Of a stretch of 64,000 bases of DNA, positions 52,166 through 61,100 are shown in pieces. Origin of the DNA: Andalucia godoyi And28 (lineage: Eukaryota; Protista; Jakobida). The stretch is taken from positions 1-64,000 of the forward strand of contig VRVR01000041.1 in NCBI GenBank assembly GCA_009859145.1, read 5' to 3'. Below the pieces are notes generated by a model, which saw only the letters and a list, made by a program, of their open reading frames with translations, was not told the origin of the DNA and searched no databases. The position numbers and the translations under genes are program-made. Within the stretch, counting starts at the first letter, position 1, and every line of letters begins with the position of its first letter.

Positions 52166-53221
52166 CTATGCTGATTCATGGCAAGGGTCGATCCATTCGG
52201 CATCGGATATGGATGTGTCATGGGGCAACAAGGAGGCAAATGGATCCGGAGAAACAATGTCGAGTGTTCTCGAGGCCATTCGAAGGCGCAGCTTCCACGC
52301 ATGCAGCATCATTCGCGGTGAATCATCATCGTCCGTATACGTCGCGTCTCCAAGAATCGGATGGCGGATGACGGCCGTGTGCAGTCGAAGTTGATGACGT
52401 CTCCCAGACTTTGGAATGAGCAAAAGCTTGGAAACCTCTTTGCCAAAGACTACCCCACGAGCGAGAACCACAAATCGGGTTTCGGACGTCCTGCCAGGCT
52501 TTCCGCTGTCCAGCGGCCAAAGCACCATTCGAAACCCCATTGGGTCTGTCTCGTCATAGTCGATAAGTCCCTGAATCGACCCTGCATCGCTCTCAACGAA
52601 CCCAAACACTAACGCAAGATAATGCTTGTCCGTTCGCCTCGACTCGAATGCATTTCCAGCCTCTCGGGCCGATTCCCGCGTCAATCCATAGAGAAACACC
52701 CCGGACGTCGCATAGTCTAACTGATGACACGGTCGCAGATGCCGCTGGACCTCGGGATACGTGTGCTCCAGATATCCTTGCACCGTGCTCGGCGGCAATG
52801 GCACATACCGCTGCTCGGCGCCCTTTTCCTTTTCCCTCTTGACATCAATCCGCACATCATACGGCTTGTCCACGCAGATGTACGACTCGTCGCGAAACAA
52901 GATCGGGAACGATGGATTCAAAGGAGGCCGTCGTCCACTGCCTTTGTACTCCGTAGCGGCTGTCGTGCCGGTCGGAGGAACCAAACTCGACGTCAACGAT
53001 GTCATCGCGGGCAGACTCGCTCTGGCTCTGGAATTCGTCAGCAGCAGTTGTCGCACAGGAACCATCCAAAGAGGTCGTCTGCGAGAGCCCTGCCTACAAC
53101 CGCGCACAAGATCTGGGCTTCGCGGACCGTCTTTGCAACCGAACCCAAAGCCCAAAGACGAGCCCAAAAAGAAGAGCCCAAAGACGAGCCCAAAAGAGCA
53201 GGTTTTATGAAAGAAGCGCAT
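52166..53221 (-). CDS. RPUSD1: RluA-family pseudouridine synthase, RPUSD1-like
   Basis: VDKPYDVRID, CHQLDYATSG (catalytic Asp; HQLD variant typical of RPUSD1), SGRRHQLRLH, HPILGDATY and RMMLHAW. The start could be a downstream Met. Confidence 0.85.
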   Translation of the reverse strand: MRFFHKTCSFGLVFGLFFLGSSLGFGFGCKDGPRSPDLVRGCRQGSRRRPLWMVPVRQLLLTNSRARASLPAMTSLTSSLVPPTGTTAATEYKGSGRRPPLNPSFPILFRDESYICVDKPYDVRIDVKREKEKGAEQRYVPLPPSTVQGYLEHTYPEVQRHLRPCHQLDYATSGVFLYGLTRESAREAGNAFESRRTDKHYLALVFGFVESDAGSIQGLIDYDETDPMGFRMVLWPLDSGKPGRTSETRFVVLARGVVFGKEVSKLLLIPKSGRRHQLRLHTAVIRHPILGDATYTDDDDSPRMMLHAWKLRLRMASRTLDIVSPDPFASLLPHDTSISDAEWIDPCHESA

Positions 53222-53295
53222 ATGAGTCGCTCGAGGGTTGAAGGCTAGAGGATTTTTAACTACGGTAGGTACATGAGCCCATTGGAAGGTTTTTT

Positions 53296-53847
53296 CTACG
53301 ACGAATTGGAAAAGTCAATGTCGATGCCGAGAAGGAGGTTGATTTCGTGTTTGAGGAGCGGGAGGAGGAAGACCGACGGGTCTCGAGAGTCAACCCAGTC
53401 CTTACTGCGCGGATCGTAGTCGAACTGCTTCGGCCCTGACAGCGGCGATGACCACCAAATGCGCCGCGTAGCCGCATGTTTGTTGATGACGTATCCGCCG
53501 ACACCCGTCACATCCATAGACAAGACGCCCGCATCATAGTCCACATTGAGCTTCTTTTCCATGCCATCCGTCTCCTGCACAAGCCCATCAAGCCGCGAAT
53601 ACAGCGTATTGATCTGCCGCACCGCCGCCTCATTATACGCCTCTTCCGTCGGAAACGCATACACACCACCACTTGCTGCAGTCGTCGACACGTATCGAAC
53701 ACCGACTGTGAAGCAACCACCGCGACTGCTCCATGGTCGGCTCTTGCTGCTGCTGCTGCTCCTCGTCGTCGTCGCCGTCGTCGTCGCGGTCGTGATCAGA
53801 CGGCGACGGGCCGCCGCAAGTGCAAGCCGCGCCAAAGTCCGATTCAT
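53296..53847 (-). CDS. FXN: Frataxin with mitochondrial presequence
   Basis: VDYDAGVLSMDV...GYVINKHAATRRIWWSSPLSGPKQFDY. Arg/Ala/Thr-rich presequence from ATG 53847. Confidence 0.95.
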   Translation of the reverse strand: MNRTLARLALAAARRRLITTATTTATTTRSSSSSKSRPWSSRGGCFTVGVRYVSTTAASGGVYAFPTEEAYNEAAVRQINTLYSRLDGLVQETDGMEKKLNVDYDAGVLSMDVTGVGGYVINKHAATRRIWWSSPLSGPKQFDYDPRSKDWVDSRDPSVFLLPLLKHEINLLLGIDIDFSNSS

Positions 53848-54163
53848 AACGTCTCCGATATCTTTTTTCGATACTTTCCCTCCCGCAAAAAAAAAAAAAA
53901 CAAGACTCTCAGCCAATCCAAAAAAAAAAATCCACTCCAACAGACGAACCGAAAGACAAGCTGAAGTCTGCAAAGCCAAACCCCTCAAAACCCTTTTTCT
54001 TCTCTTCTCTCACTGTAATTGGGCGCGTGTGTTTCGGAAAAGAGCAGATCCTCAGACCGCCGGACAATGTGTTTCGTCTGATTGTTGTCTGTTTGTATTG
54101 TTTGATTGCTTTGTAGGGGCCGGGTGCTAGTAGGGTTGAGACGGGAGAGACGGGAGAGACGGA

Positions 54164-55072
54164 ATGGATGAGCTATCGCCGCAGTACCGGGAGTTTCTGA
54201 CAAAGTATTTATCGCATGCACGGTCGATGCGGGACCGGCATCTGCGGGAAGTGGACCTCGTGTTTGCAGAGGCGCGTGTGTCGCCTGCGACAACGACGGG
54301 TGCCCAGCTCGAGTCGATTGCGGCTGTGGTTCGCGGCGTTGTGATGAAGGAGCTCGCGAACATGGCGCATGCGAATGCCGAGCTCTTACGCATCGTGCTC
54401 AAAGAAGCGGATGCGTGTCGCGTGTCTCTCGCACTCGACATGCGCACGTTTGAAGACTCGACAGCCGTTCAGGCAATCGCTGCTGCGGACCCCTTCTATG
54501 TACCACCCACTCTCCCTCCTTCTTCTTCTTCTTCTTCTTCTTCTTCTTCTTCTTCTTCCTCGGGTGGCGGAAAGCAGACCAAGCTGGCTCCTTTGGGTGG
54601 TGCAGGTGGAGGTGGTGGGAGTGATCCAGTAGCTGAAAATGCATTGCTGCGGGACAAGCTGACGAAGCTGCAGCTTTCTCATACGCAGCTGATGAAGGAA
54701 CGGGCGGCGCTGCAGGACGAGTTTGTTGCGTCTCATTCACAGGCTGCGGACAGTGCGCGCCGAGTTACGCATCTTGAGGCGGAAAACAGCCTGCTGCTGC
54801 AGAAACTCGCGATGCACGGCGACAAGGAAAGGGACGCCGCAGCGGTGGAGGCCGAGTATGCGAGACAGCAGCGAGACGCACAGACGCAAGAAGAGGGACT
54901 TGAGGACAGGTTGAAGTCTGCACAGAAACGAATCGCCGAGCTGGAATCCGAGCTTGGAAAGCGCGTGTCGGACACCGCGCAGTTCCAAAACCTGAAAAAG
55001 ATGATGGAAGCCAAGAACGCAGAGCTGCGAAAACTCCGCAGTGAACTCGGAAAAGGAAATCCCGACGACTGA
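54164..55072 (+). CDS. LZTFL1: Leucine zipper transcription factor-like 1 (BBS17), BBSome trafficking regulator
   Basis: KYLSHARSMRDRHLREVD, ELANMAHANAELLRIVLKEAD and C-terminal TAQFQNLKKMMEAKNAELRKLR align with LZTFL1. Confidence 0.85.
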   Translation: MDELSPQYREFLTKYLSHARSMRDRHLREVDLVFAEARVSPATTTGAQLESIAAVVRGVVMKELANMAHANAELLRIVLKEADACRVSLALDMRTFEDSTAVQAIAAADPFYVPPTLPPSSSSSSSSSSSSSSGGGKQTKLAPLGGAGGGGGSDPVAENALLRDKLTKLQLSHTQLMKERAALQDEFVASHSQAADSARRVTHLEAENSLLLQKLAMHGDKERDAAAVEAEYARQQRDAQTQEEGLEDRLKSAQKRIAELESELGKRVSDTAQFQNLKKMMEAKNAELRKLRSELGKGNPDD

Positions 55073-55129
55073 ATTAGGAAATAGGACAGTAAAACGATTC
55101 CTTTAAAAAGGAGTTCTTAAACGTTTAAT

Positions 55130-55477
55130 TTACGACTTGTTTTCCTTGTTATTGGCATTGACGGGGTTTGATTCGTCTTCAACCCCCGTCTGCGTCATCA
55201 GGTCGCCGATGGACCGCTCAAGATCGTCGATTCGCGAACCCATTTCGTCAATTCGAGATACAATGGTGTCGGACATTTCCTGGAACCGTGCTTGCTATCA
55301 CTCCCATCAACATCAAACATATACCCATATCAGTATCAGTACCCAACACTGTCAATAACATGCATGGAATAGGAGAGGGAAAATGCATACCATTTGCTGC
55401 AAAAGATTCTGGACAAACTCGGTAAGTTCCTGAGTTCCTTGCGGTTGATTCGAAGCATCGGCCTTGTTCGACGACAT
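55130..55477 (-). CDS. HSBP1: Heat shock factor-binding protein 1; exons 55477-55391 and 55294-55130 (missed by the ORF track)
   Basis: [14 protein letters not shown]|[33 protein letters not shown], with a phase-0 intron GTATGC...GATAG and TAA at 55130-55132. Confidence 0.93.
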
Positions 55478-56283
55478 GATTATTTGATTCTTGAATTTGG
55501 TGCGCTTGACTCGGTTACACAGAGGAAAAGAAAAAGGCCAGAAAAGGGAAGAAAAGAAGGAACAATAAGTAGACCGGGGTTGGCATACAAACAGTACGCT
55601 GAGGGGAAAACCAGGATGAATAACGTATACAGATGCACGGTAAGACATGTACGCTAAAAACTACACGGATGCTTTCATCTGGCTTTTTGTTACAGCAGGT
55701 GAAATGAGCACCCCCCTTCGAAAACCATTCGCTCGGAAAGATCGAACTGAGTCGCAGCATAGATTCTCCAGGTTCTCGAATCTCTGCCACCACCCACCAT
55801 CCACCATCCACCATCCACCATACATCGTCCTTGGGAAATGATCGTGCGTGTAAAGTACATCTGCGGGGGTGCGCTCATTCGTGGCATAGCGGATTGTTCT
55901 GCATAAAGGATTGTTTTCCTGTTTTCTATTGCGCCGCCTGCTGCGACGGAACGGGCAGATATTCCCTTTTTGGTACTTGTTCGTCACGAATCCCGACAAA
56001 ATAGGAAATTTTATGATGGACGGATGCATCTGCAGCGTTTTGAAGATTTCCCGATGCGTTACCACCTGCACGAGATCCGTACTGGCCGCACTGCGTATAT
56101 AAGCTGAGAATCCTGGAAAAACAGGTTTTTTTTCTTCTTGTTTCGTTCTCTTTCTTTTTTTTTTCCTTCTGTCGTTTCTCTTCACATTGCTCCCGAAAAC
56201 ACATCCAGATTTCCATCAGCATTTTGCATCCTGCAAAGAAAAAGAAACGACAACAAAAACCGACAACGAAAACGACAACAGGC

Positions 56284-57069
56284 ATGACTCGCAACTTAGC
56301 AGCTATCAAAACCGCCGACCTCTCCAAAGTCAAGCGCCGCGTCATCAAGGAGCTGAACTGGACCTCCGAGTATGCAGAATCAGCCGTACAAGAGTACCGC
56401 AAGTTCATCTGTCTCGCCGCACACGGATTCCCCGCAGTTCCCTGCAGAGACGTCGACGAAGTCTGGCACAACCACATCCTCTTCACCCAGGACTACACCA
56501 CTTTCTGCGACGACATCTTTGGCTTCTACCTCCACCACGATCCGATGGACAGTTCGGAAACTGTTGTCCCCGTGCAGCAGAAGAATGCCACCGGCGCCGT
56601 TGAAAACGTCACCGGCAGTCCGCACGACGCATACTCGCAAACATTGGAAATGTACGTCAAGGTCTTTGGAACCAAGCCAGATGCCATGTGGGGCTCTCAC
56701 TCTGCAGATACTGCTGCTCTCTGCTTTGCACGCAACACTGACAGCAATGCGGAAAAGGCTGCTCTCTGCTTTGCACGCAACACTGACAGCAGTGCGGAAA
56801 AGGCTGCTCTCTGCTTTGCACGCAACACTGACAGCAGTGCGGAAAAGGCTGCTCTCTGCTTTGCACGCAACACTGACAGCAGTGCGGAAAAGGTCGCAAT
56901 CTGTATCCCTCTACACCAGACTGCCAGCGCCACCAAAGAGCGCACTCTCAGAGTCGACACTCAAATCGAAGACCTGCCACCAATGTTCGTCAAGAACGCG
57001 TCACTGCATGCGAATGTCGGGTCTGAAACGCCGCATTTCACCCACAATGCACCGCTGTCCGTTCAGTAG
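56284..57069 (+). CDS. GRDP-like (PF07173/DUF1399-type) domain protein with a C-terminal tandem Cys-peptide array
   Basis: EYRKFICL...VPCRDVDEVWHNHILFTQDYTTFCDDIFGFYLHHDP and YSQTLEMYVKVFGTKPDAMW, followed by (AALCFARNTDS[N/S]AEK)x4. First ATG at 56284. Confidence 0.8.
   Translation: MTRNLAAIKTADLSKVKRRVIKELNWTSEYAESAVQEYRKFICLAAHGFPAVPCRDVDEVWHNHILFTQDYTTFCDDIFGFYLHHDPMDSSETVVPVQQKNATGAVENVTGSPHDAYSQTLEMYVKVFGTKPDAMWGSHSADTAALCFARNTDSNAEKAALCFARNTDSSAEKAALCFARNTDSSAEKAALCFARNTDSSAEKVAICIPLHQTASATKERTLRVDTQIEDLPPMFVKNASLHANVGSETPHFTHNAPLSVQ
56713..56892 (+). repeat. In-frame 45-nt tandem repeat x4, plus a degenerate fifth unit at 56893-56937
   Basis: GCTGCTCTCTGCTTTGCACGCAACACTGACAGCAGTGCGGAAAAG x4, with only one substitution (AAT/AGT in unit 1). 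Confidence 0.97.
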
Positions 57070-57720
57070 GCAGCGTAAAGTACTGCAGATCAAAAAGAAG
57101 ACGAAAAATACAAACGTACGAATAAAAAACCTCGAGACACGATTAACAGCTTTGTGCATCACCGCTGACCATCAAACAATACGATTTCCCTACCGTAGCC
57201 AAGTCCAGAATTTCTTTCATTCAACACTGTCCTTATTTTCTATTTGTTTGTTTTATCATCGAACCCTCAAGTAGCACCTCTTCATCAAAGACAAGACATC
57301 GCATGGCTCCAAAGAGGAGACCTTCCCAACAAACGCAAAACCGGCCATGCCTGAAGATGCCGAGACCCAAGAAACCTGTTGATTCTCTCTCGTCGGAGGC
57401 GGAGAGCAAGAAGAAGCGATGACCCTTTGATGTCAAGCAATCTGCATTGAAGAGTTTGTGCTCGCCCCCAATTAAAGAAGCATAAAATCATGTGGCTTCG
57501 ATCTGCCATCGGTGACAGCTTAGCCGATGATGAATCAGTAATGGATTCATTTCGACGACAACACGAAAAAGCCAAGTTTCTGGCATCACTTGATGCACCT
57601 GAAACGATATTTCCTCTTTATGTTTTCCTTTTGTTTTTCCATCTTTTATAAAATTTTCTTTTGTCTGTTTAACTGTTTTTGTCGAGTTATACTTTATTTT
57701 GGTTGTGGGCTATTGGAGAG

Positions 57721-58947
57721 ATGAGCGACCCTTTGGATGCAAAGGCTCTCTTTGACTCTGACTCTGAGTCCGAGACCGGATCCCCGCGGCACACGTCTTT
57801 AAATGAGACGCAAGTGGTGAACTCTTCAAAGCATGCTTCCGACGAGCTGTTCGAGTCTTCATCGTCTCCCTCCTCTGCATCCCCATCATCGCCGCCGTCG
57901 TCGTCTCGCTCTGCGTCTCCTTTGCATTCTTCGCAAACACCTGCAAAGAAGTCTTCGCAAAACCAAAGTAAGTCTCGGCGCGAGATTGAAATGGAAGAAG
58001 ATGATGCAATCGAAACTGCGCTGAAACAGTCGATTCCGCTGACTGACGTTCCTATTTCAGTGCCTTCCTGCTATGTTGATGAATCCACAAACTCGGTTTC
58101 GGATGGCCAGAGCATGTTTTTCAGAGCCGTGTTTCCGCCGTCGGTTGGAATTGACACGAAGCCATTCCGTCCTGAGCTGTTTCAGTCGGAGGACTCTACA
58201 TTTCGAGACGCGCGAAACAGAAATGTACACTATGAGGATCTTGTTCGATACAAGATCTCTGCAGATAAGAAGACGGAATCAAATGCGAGGATCGTTGAAT
58301 GGGAAAATGGCGACTATTCGCTCATGATTGGAAGTACGCTGTACAGGGTGATGATGCCTCGAGCGGATTTCGAGTATGTGTATGAAGGAAGCGAGCCGTA
58401 CACGCTCCTTGTGTGCAAGGGACCGATTGCCAAGCGCATGCAGATTGCACAAGCAAGCATCACTTCTTCGTCTCTGGGCGCTGGGTTTGGCGATCGCAAG
58501 AGAAGTCGGCTTGGTGCGTCTGTGCCAACGGGAGACGGTGCGAATAGCAGCAGCACGGGCCATGTACGAGGCGTTCTTGAAACGGCACTTGGTGCAATCA
58601 AGCCACACGAAGAGGTCAAGATTTCTCTCGGAGTGAAGCGGTCTAGAAAGGTCGAAGGGCCGCTTCAAGACTCTTACTACGACGAGAATGGTTGGGAAGA
58701 CGAGGAAGAAGGGGATGCGGGAGAAAACGAAGAGGACGCGGGATACGAAGAAGACGAAGATGACGAAGATGGCATGCGATCCAAGAAAAAGAAGAGGTCT
58801 GGTGTCGCGTTTGTGCGAGTCGTGGATGACTCGGATGGCGAAGAGGAAGACAAGGGGGCGAAGAAGAACGAGCTGGATGCGGACTTCCTGGAAGGAAACG
58901 CAGATGGTAAGCAAAAGAAGAAGCGAGTTGTGGATGACGACGAGTAG
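57721..58947 (+). CDS. LEO1: Paf1 complex subunit Leo1
   Basis: TESNARIVEWENGDYSLMIG (Leo1 signature), with acidic/Ser-rich flanks. First ATG at 57721. Confidence 0.88.
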   Translation: MSDPLDAKALFDSDSESETGSPRHTSLNETQVVNSSKHASDELFESSSSPSSASPSSPPSSSRSASPLHSSQTPAKKSSQNQSKSRREIEMEEDDAIETALKQSIPLTDVPISVPSCYVDESTNSVSDGQSMFFRAVFPPSVGIDTKPFRPELFQSEDSTFRDARNRNVHYEDLVRYKISADKKTESNARIVEWENGDYSLMIGSTLYRVMMPRADFEYVYEGSEPYTLLVCKGPIAKRMQIAQASITSSSLGAGFGDRKRSRLGASVPTGDGANSSSTGHVRGVLETALGAIKPHEEVKISLGVKRSRKVEGPLQDSYYDENGWEDEEEGDAGENEEDAGYEEDEDDEDGMRSKKKKRSGVAFVRVVDDSDGEEEDKGAKKNELDADFLEGNADGKQKKKRVVDDDE

Positions 58948-59082
58948 TCTTCTCTCTCGTCTTTTGGAACAAAGATATGTGAACCTTATACATGTAAATT
59001 CCGAAACCGGACCCTTCCAGGTCTGTGTCTGGGCGTGAGTGCGTATATGAGAGTGCTCTTGTACTTTCTTCTCGTCTGTTCT

Positions 59083-59115
<33 letters not shown>

Positions 59116-59166
59116 ATCTCTTTTATGTTGTTCGTTTTTGTATGTTTTCAATTTAATTATCTATCA

Positions 59167-60645
59167 TTAGAAATTCCATTTGGTGCGAGCCAGGGCTACA
59201 CCGCGCAGAATCCACTTGGAAAAGGTGACGACTCCTGCGGCGATTGCGCAAATGCGTACGAAAAAGTGGGAGAAAGGCATGTGTTCGACGGACCTTACGA
59301 GCTTGAGGGGAGAGATTTCAAAGACAAAGTAGATTCCTGGGAGCATCTGTCGTCTCCGCAAATCAAACTCGGTGGTGTGCTCCGTGACCGAATACACGTA
59401 ACTCGCATGGACGACGTTATCGTGCCTGTCCACCTGCTCAACAGGTACAACCTTGATGAAGTACTTGAAAGCCGCCACATGGTGCTGTGTATGTATGGCC
59501 TTTGTGGAGCCGCCGAGTAGATTCGACATTTTTTCTTCTTCCTTGGTGATCAGCACATTGTCAAAGAGCATTTTTCTCTTGATTCCTGAGCTTGCAGAGC
59601 AGGCGCCAACACCAGACCCGTGGACATACGCTTCGTCTCCATCTTGGCTCGGCTCGCAGAACACAAGTCTCTCGATGCGGTGGGTAGCATTGAACTCGGA
59701 GGCCTCTGCAAAGTCAAAGTTGTGCACATGGCGAGCCATTCCGCCTGCATGATGCTCAAACGAAGCGCCCGGCGCAAAATGAAAATTGCCAGACACGCGA
59801 GCAAGATCGACGTAGCCTGCAAAGTTGCACCCGGCCGTTCGCTTGGTCATTTCCACTGCACACTGGGCAATCGTCGATAAACCAGGAACATGCCAGTTGC
59901 GCTTGGCATACGCAGCAAGAACTTCGTCACACGTGTTGCAACATCCGGTATCAGCACCATAGCAAGAACCGCATGCCTCCTTTTCATGCCCGTGTCCGTG
60001 TTCGTGCCCGCTGTCCTTATCCTTGCCGTGGTCGTCGTTGTGGTCGTCGTTGTGGTCGTCGTTGTGGTCGTCGTTGTTGTGCGCATCACGACCATTGGCG
60101 CCTTTGGGAAGCTTGGGAGTCATAATGACCCGTTCCAACCCATATTCTGGTGCTCGCGAGCCGTCGCTCAGCAGAGGTGTTCGATAGATGTGGTCCGCAA
60201 TCGCGTTGTGCTGCTCGCCGGTGATGTCGAGGACATCGAGGGTGAGTTTCGAGCACGGAATGGACGGAAACGTAATGTTGAACTCCATGCGCAGCGGCTG
60301 CAGGAACATCGAACTCGACGTGCCAGAGCGTCCGGAGTTGCCAGATGCAGCTGAAGCATCGGAATTAACACGCAGTTCATCATGGACAACCGATGAAAGG
60401 TATGCAGAAAGCTCCACATACGTCAGCACAACCAGCAGAAACAGCGTAATATACGTCGCATACGATCCTGCAGTCGAGTGCTCTAACACCACCACATCCT
60501 TCGTCTTTGGAAACACGTCCACTCGTCGTAGTATTTTTGCATACGGAGTGTTCGATAGCTCCGCAGCACGACTCAGCAGCACAGACGACACCGGCCTTCT
60601 TTGACGCGCCAACGCCGACCCGGACATTTCTCCACCATCTGCCAT
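59167..60645 (-). CDS. ERGIC3: ER-Golgi intermediate compartment protein 3 (Erv46 family)
   Basis: LRRVDVFPKT + TM, CGSCYGA, CCNTCDEV..AY...W, GCNFAG...SGNFHFAPG, PGIYFVFEISP + TM. First ATG at 60645; the frame is open upstream to 60723, so an upstream exon is possible. Confidence 0.92.
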   Translation of the reverse strand: MADGGEMSGSALARQRRPVSSVLLSRAAELSNTPYAKILRRVDVFPKTKDVVVLEHSTAGSYATYITLFLLVVLTYVELSAYLSSVVHDELRVNSDASAASGNSGRSGTSSSMFLQPLRMEFNITFPSIPCSKLTLDVLDITGEQHNAIADHIYRTPLLSDGSRAPEYGLERVIMTPKLPKGANGRDAHNNDDHNDDHNDDHNDDHGKDKDSGHEHGHGHEKEACGSCYGADTGCCNTCDEVLAAYAKRNWHVPGLSTIAQCAVEMTKRTAGCNFAGYVDLARVSGNFHFAPGASFEHHAGGMARHVHNFDFAEASEFNATHRIERLVFCEPSQDGDEAYVHGSGVGACSASSGIKRKMLFDNVLITKEEEKMSNLLGGSTKAIHTQHHVAAFKYFIKVVPVEQVDRHDNVVHASYVYSVTEHTTEFDLRRRQMLPGIYFVFEISPLKLVRSVEHMPFSHFFVRICAIAAGVVTFSKWILRGVALARTKWNF

Positions 60646-61100
60646 TCCCTCTTCCACTTCCTCTTCCTCTTCCTCTTCCTCTTCCTCTTCTTCTTCGACC
60701 TGTGATCCTGCAATATCCTCCAAAACAAAAAATATAAAAATGAAAAGAGGCAGTTCCCGCTATTAATCGACGATATTCGCTATATTTTTAATATCTTAAA
60801 AAATGATTATGAATTGAATTACATAAAAATAAAACATGGAAAATAAATGAGCAGTCACCTTTTACAGCCGGTGAGCAGGACGGTGGTTGACAGTTGTCGA
60901 TCATGCAGTTCAAGAGCGTTTCCACTTGGATTACAGTACAGTAGATGTGCAGTACGACAATTCTCTCTTCTTTCCCCCTTTTAATTTTACTTTTATTATT
61001 ATTTATTATTTTATTATATATATTTTTTTTCTTTTGGTTATGTTTTTATTTCGTTTTATGTCTTTGGGAAACGATGAAGAGAGAGTGTGTCGCGTAAAGA

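Noticed and set aside
55520-56220. Possible snRNA/snoRNA or small gene in the HSBP1-GRDP divergent gap
   Set aside because: No Sm site with matching snRNA motifs and no C/D box pair was recognised. Only a (CCACCAT)n microsatellite near 55795-55820 is evident.
56713-56892. CRISPR-like array
   Set aside because: The units are contiguous with no spacers, are in frame within a CDS, and there are no cas genes in this eukaryotic window.
57233-57660. Short ORFs between the GRDP-like gene and LEO1
   Set aside because: Several competing short frames with no motif or codon support. An unannotated small gene cannot be excluded but is not supportable.
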